Source of the DNA: Lama guanicoe
Lineage: Eukaryota
NCBI GenBank assembly: GCA_013239625.1
Contig: MU053513.1
Location: forward strand, 2,468,927-2,532,926
DNA length: 64,000 bases
Direction of reading: 5' to 3'
This document shows positions 61,760 through 64,000 of the stretch, piece after piece. Position 1 is the first letter of the stretch. Every line of letters starts with the position of its first letter. Below the pieces are notes generated by a model, which did not search any database, was not told the origin of the DNA, and saw only the letters and a program-made list of their open reading frames with translations. Position numbers and translations under genes: made by a program.

Positions 61760-61960
61760 ATAATGACAACCAGCGTTTCCCGCGGCTTGGTCTGTGCGGA
61801 GCACTGTGCTATGTGCATGGTTGGCATTATTTCGTCTAATATTCTCAAGAATCCTATGGGATAAGGACCATTATTTCCTCCATTTTAAAAATGAGGCTCA
61901 TAGAGGTTAAGTGACTTTTCTGAGGTGACAGCTAGTTAGCAAAGAAACTGGAATTTGAAC
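61760..61960 (-). mobile_element. MIR SINE
   Basis: cattttaaaaatgaggctcatagaggttaagtgactt...ggaatttgaac, the MIR core in reverse complement. Confidence 0.75.
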
Positions 61961-62399
61961 TTAATCATTAACACCAAGAAACCCACATCCAGGCTTCTTC
62001 ATATTTTGAACTAAAGGCATCATGCACGCAAATGTAGCGGAGCTTAATGAGGCTGGTGGTAGGCCCTTTGCTGCCATTCTACCCTCTTTCCTGGGTGTTC
62101 TTTGTTTACCCTCAGGCATGATATTTGTCTGTATTACACTTTTGTGCAAATTAGGAAAAGGTTCTCCTCCAGCTTTGGTGGGTGTGACAGTTCCTTGGGC
62201 ATATGGCCTCCCTAGCAAATAAAACCTTCTGGTGAAGAAAACACCATTCTTTCTTCCAGGACCTCAGATCTGTTCCAGCGCACAAAGCTTGGCACATACT
62301 CAGGCTGGATTTCAGCCCTGACTTGACCCCTCAGATCAGTACCAGTGTGCACAACACATTGTCATACAAATGTCTTCAAGTGCTACTGACAAATACAGT

Positions 62400-63680
62400 T
62401 GGCTCTTAAATCCTTATTTCCAGCCCACGTCAGTGCCCTGAGCGTCACATGTGTTAATCAGTGAGCCACTAGATAGTCCAATTTGCAATTACTTCAAAAA
62501 CTTAAGACTAATACTTAAAAACTGACAAAGCAGAATTCCTCCTCTTCCTCCACCACCCCCACAAAAAAATCTCTTATTTCTTCTGTATTTTCTAACTTTG
62601 TCATTGGCACCACCATCTCTTAATTGCCCAGGTTAGAAACATGAACTCAGCTAACATTTATTGTGCCCCCCGGATGTGGCCCTGGGCTGATGAACAAGAC
62701 AAGCCAGGCCTTTCTCCTCACTGAGTCTGATGTTATGAGAGAGACAGACAAAAACTAGTAAACAAGTTGGTAAAGTAGCTCCCAGTTGAGATTGCTATTA
62801 TGAAAAACATAAGCAAGATGATGTGATAGAAACTGGAGAAGGGCTTTATTTTTGTTAAGGTGCTCAGGGACTACTTCTTTGAAGAAGTGACATTTTCACT
62901 GAGACATGGAAACAGAAAAGAAGCAAGTGCATTTGTTCCTAACCTGATGAGTCATTTGCAATGCTTCACTCTCCCGTATCCCTCACAACCCAGGTCTACG
63001 GCTTTTATTTCCTAAGCAGATCGTTAAGCCAGCCTCCTTCCTTCCATTTCCCCTGCCTGCTCTTGGCTTTTAGGACATCATGCTTTTTTGCCCTAATTAC
63101 TTCATATGCATCTTAGTCACTGTCGTGCCACTGTCATGGGCTCTCTCCATTCCAGCTTCTATAAAAAGATACAAATTTGATCATTTTGTTGCCCTTCTTA
63201 AAATCTACCTGAGGCTCCTCTTCTCCTTTAATGTAAAGCTCAAGTTTTCTGGATGGAATACTAAACGCGCCTACCTTGGATCTCGCTACTCCCTCCCACA
63301 ACGTCCTGTGCACGTCCTGCCTACCAGCCACATTGACTCCCTTACAGCTCCCTCACTGTATCGTGAGCTCACCTGCCTCCATTCCATGTATGGGTGCTTT
63401 TCCGGGAACGCCTCGCCACCTCCCCAGGAGCCTATCAGCCTGCCTGGCGCTGTGACGATTGTGATCGACTCACTTCCTCATACTCTTCCCTTGCGAACTG
63501 TCAGCTGTACCCTTCTGGTGTCATCTTCTATGTCGCACTTACTGTCCTCCATAGAATGTGGCTTGAAGGTTTTCTCTCTTTATTTTTCACTTGCCCACAT
63601 CTTATTATAGCTCTAGTGATATTATTCCCCCTCCACACACCTTTTTTTGTCTTTGCAGGGATGACTTACATTTTTTAAAA
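62400..63680 (+). mobile_element. LINE-2 with a nested opposite-strand L2 piece (~62645-62935)
   Basis: Pyrimidine-rich L2 ORF2-end text; FDHFVALLKIYLRLLFSFNVKLK resembles L2 SDHVTPLLKTLQWLP...IKSK. Confidence 0.7.
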
Positions 63681-63714
63681 ATTTATGTGTGTATGTATGT
63701 ATGTATTTACTTAT

Positions 63715-64000
63715 ATAATTAAAATATAGTTGATTTACAATATCATATTAGCTTCTGGTATACAATGTAGTGACTCAGAATTTTTACAGATTGTATTCCA
63801 TGTAAAACTATTATAAAATATTGAATGTATTCCCCGTGCTGTTCAACAAATCCTTGTAGCTTATTTACCTTATACATAGCGGTTTATGCCTCTTCACTCC
63901 CTGCCTCTGTGTTGCGCAGTCCCCCTTCCCTCTCTCCACTGGCAACCACTAGTTTGTTTTCTATGTCTGTGAGTCTGCTTCTGCTGTTATATTCATTTGT
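63715..64000 (-). mobile_element. L1 3' end (runs off the window)
   Basis: atagttgatttacaatatcatattagcttctggtatacaa...ggcaaccactagtttgttttctatgtctgtgagtctgcttctg, same family text as 59759-60230. Confidence 0.88.

Noticed and set aside
63080..63610. 176-aa plus-strand ORF
   Set aside because: Lies within a decayed LINE-2, and part of the translation resembles the L2 ORF2 C-terminus; no gene-like context.
1..64000. CRISPR arrays, operons or other prokaryote-type systems
   Set aside because: The window is mammalian intronic/intergenic DNA; no regularly spaced repeat-spacer structure or dense coding regions were seen.

Overview
Mammalian genomic DNA, most likely a camelid, judging from its tRNA-derived SINE family and artiodactyl-type L1 3' ends. 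The only protein-coding gene is the 5' end of ST6GALNAC5 on the minus strand, inside a CpG island (~12.1-14.0 kb). Coding exon 1 (13704-13718) encodes MKTLM and exon 2 (12667-12888) encodes the transmembrane/stem region. Bases 1-12666 are intron 2, and the catalytic exons lie outside the window. The ~50 kb upstream is intergenic and rich in repeats (L1, HAL1, L2, MIR, MaLR/ERVL/ERV1 LTRs, hAT MITEs, SINEs, microsatellites). Most notable observations: (1) a strong-Kozak uORF in frame with the ST6GALNAC5 ORF, separated from it by one TGA; (2) an old U6 snRNA-L1 chimeric retrocopy with a remnant target-site duplication; (3) a MER41-like solo LTR ~2 kb upstream of the promoter with a STAT-type palindrome; (4) a 39-bp head-plus-tail mini-SINE inside a perfect 13-bp TSD; (5) an orphan CpG-rich element next to a 102-nt exon-like relic; (6) an internally deleted ERV-L provirus with recognisable protease, RT and RNase H motifs. 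I found no convincing new multi-gene system. Repeat family names and comparisons with human or HERV-L sequences come from remembered consensus sequences, not from a database search.
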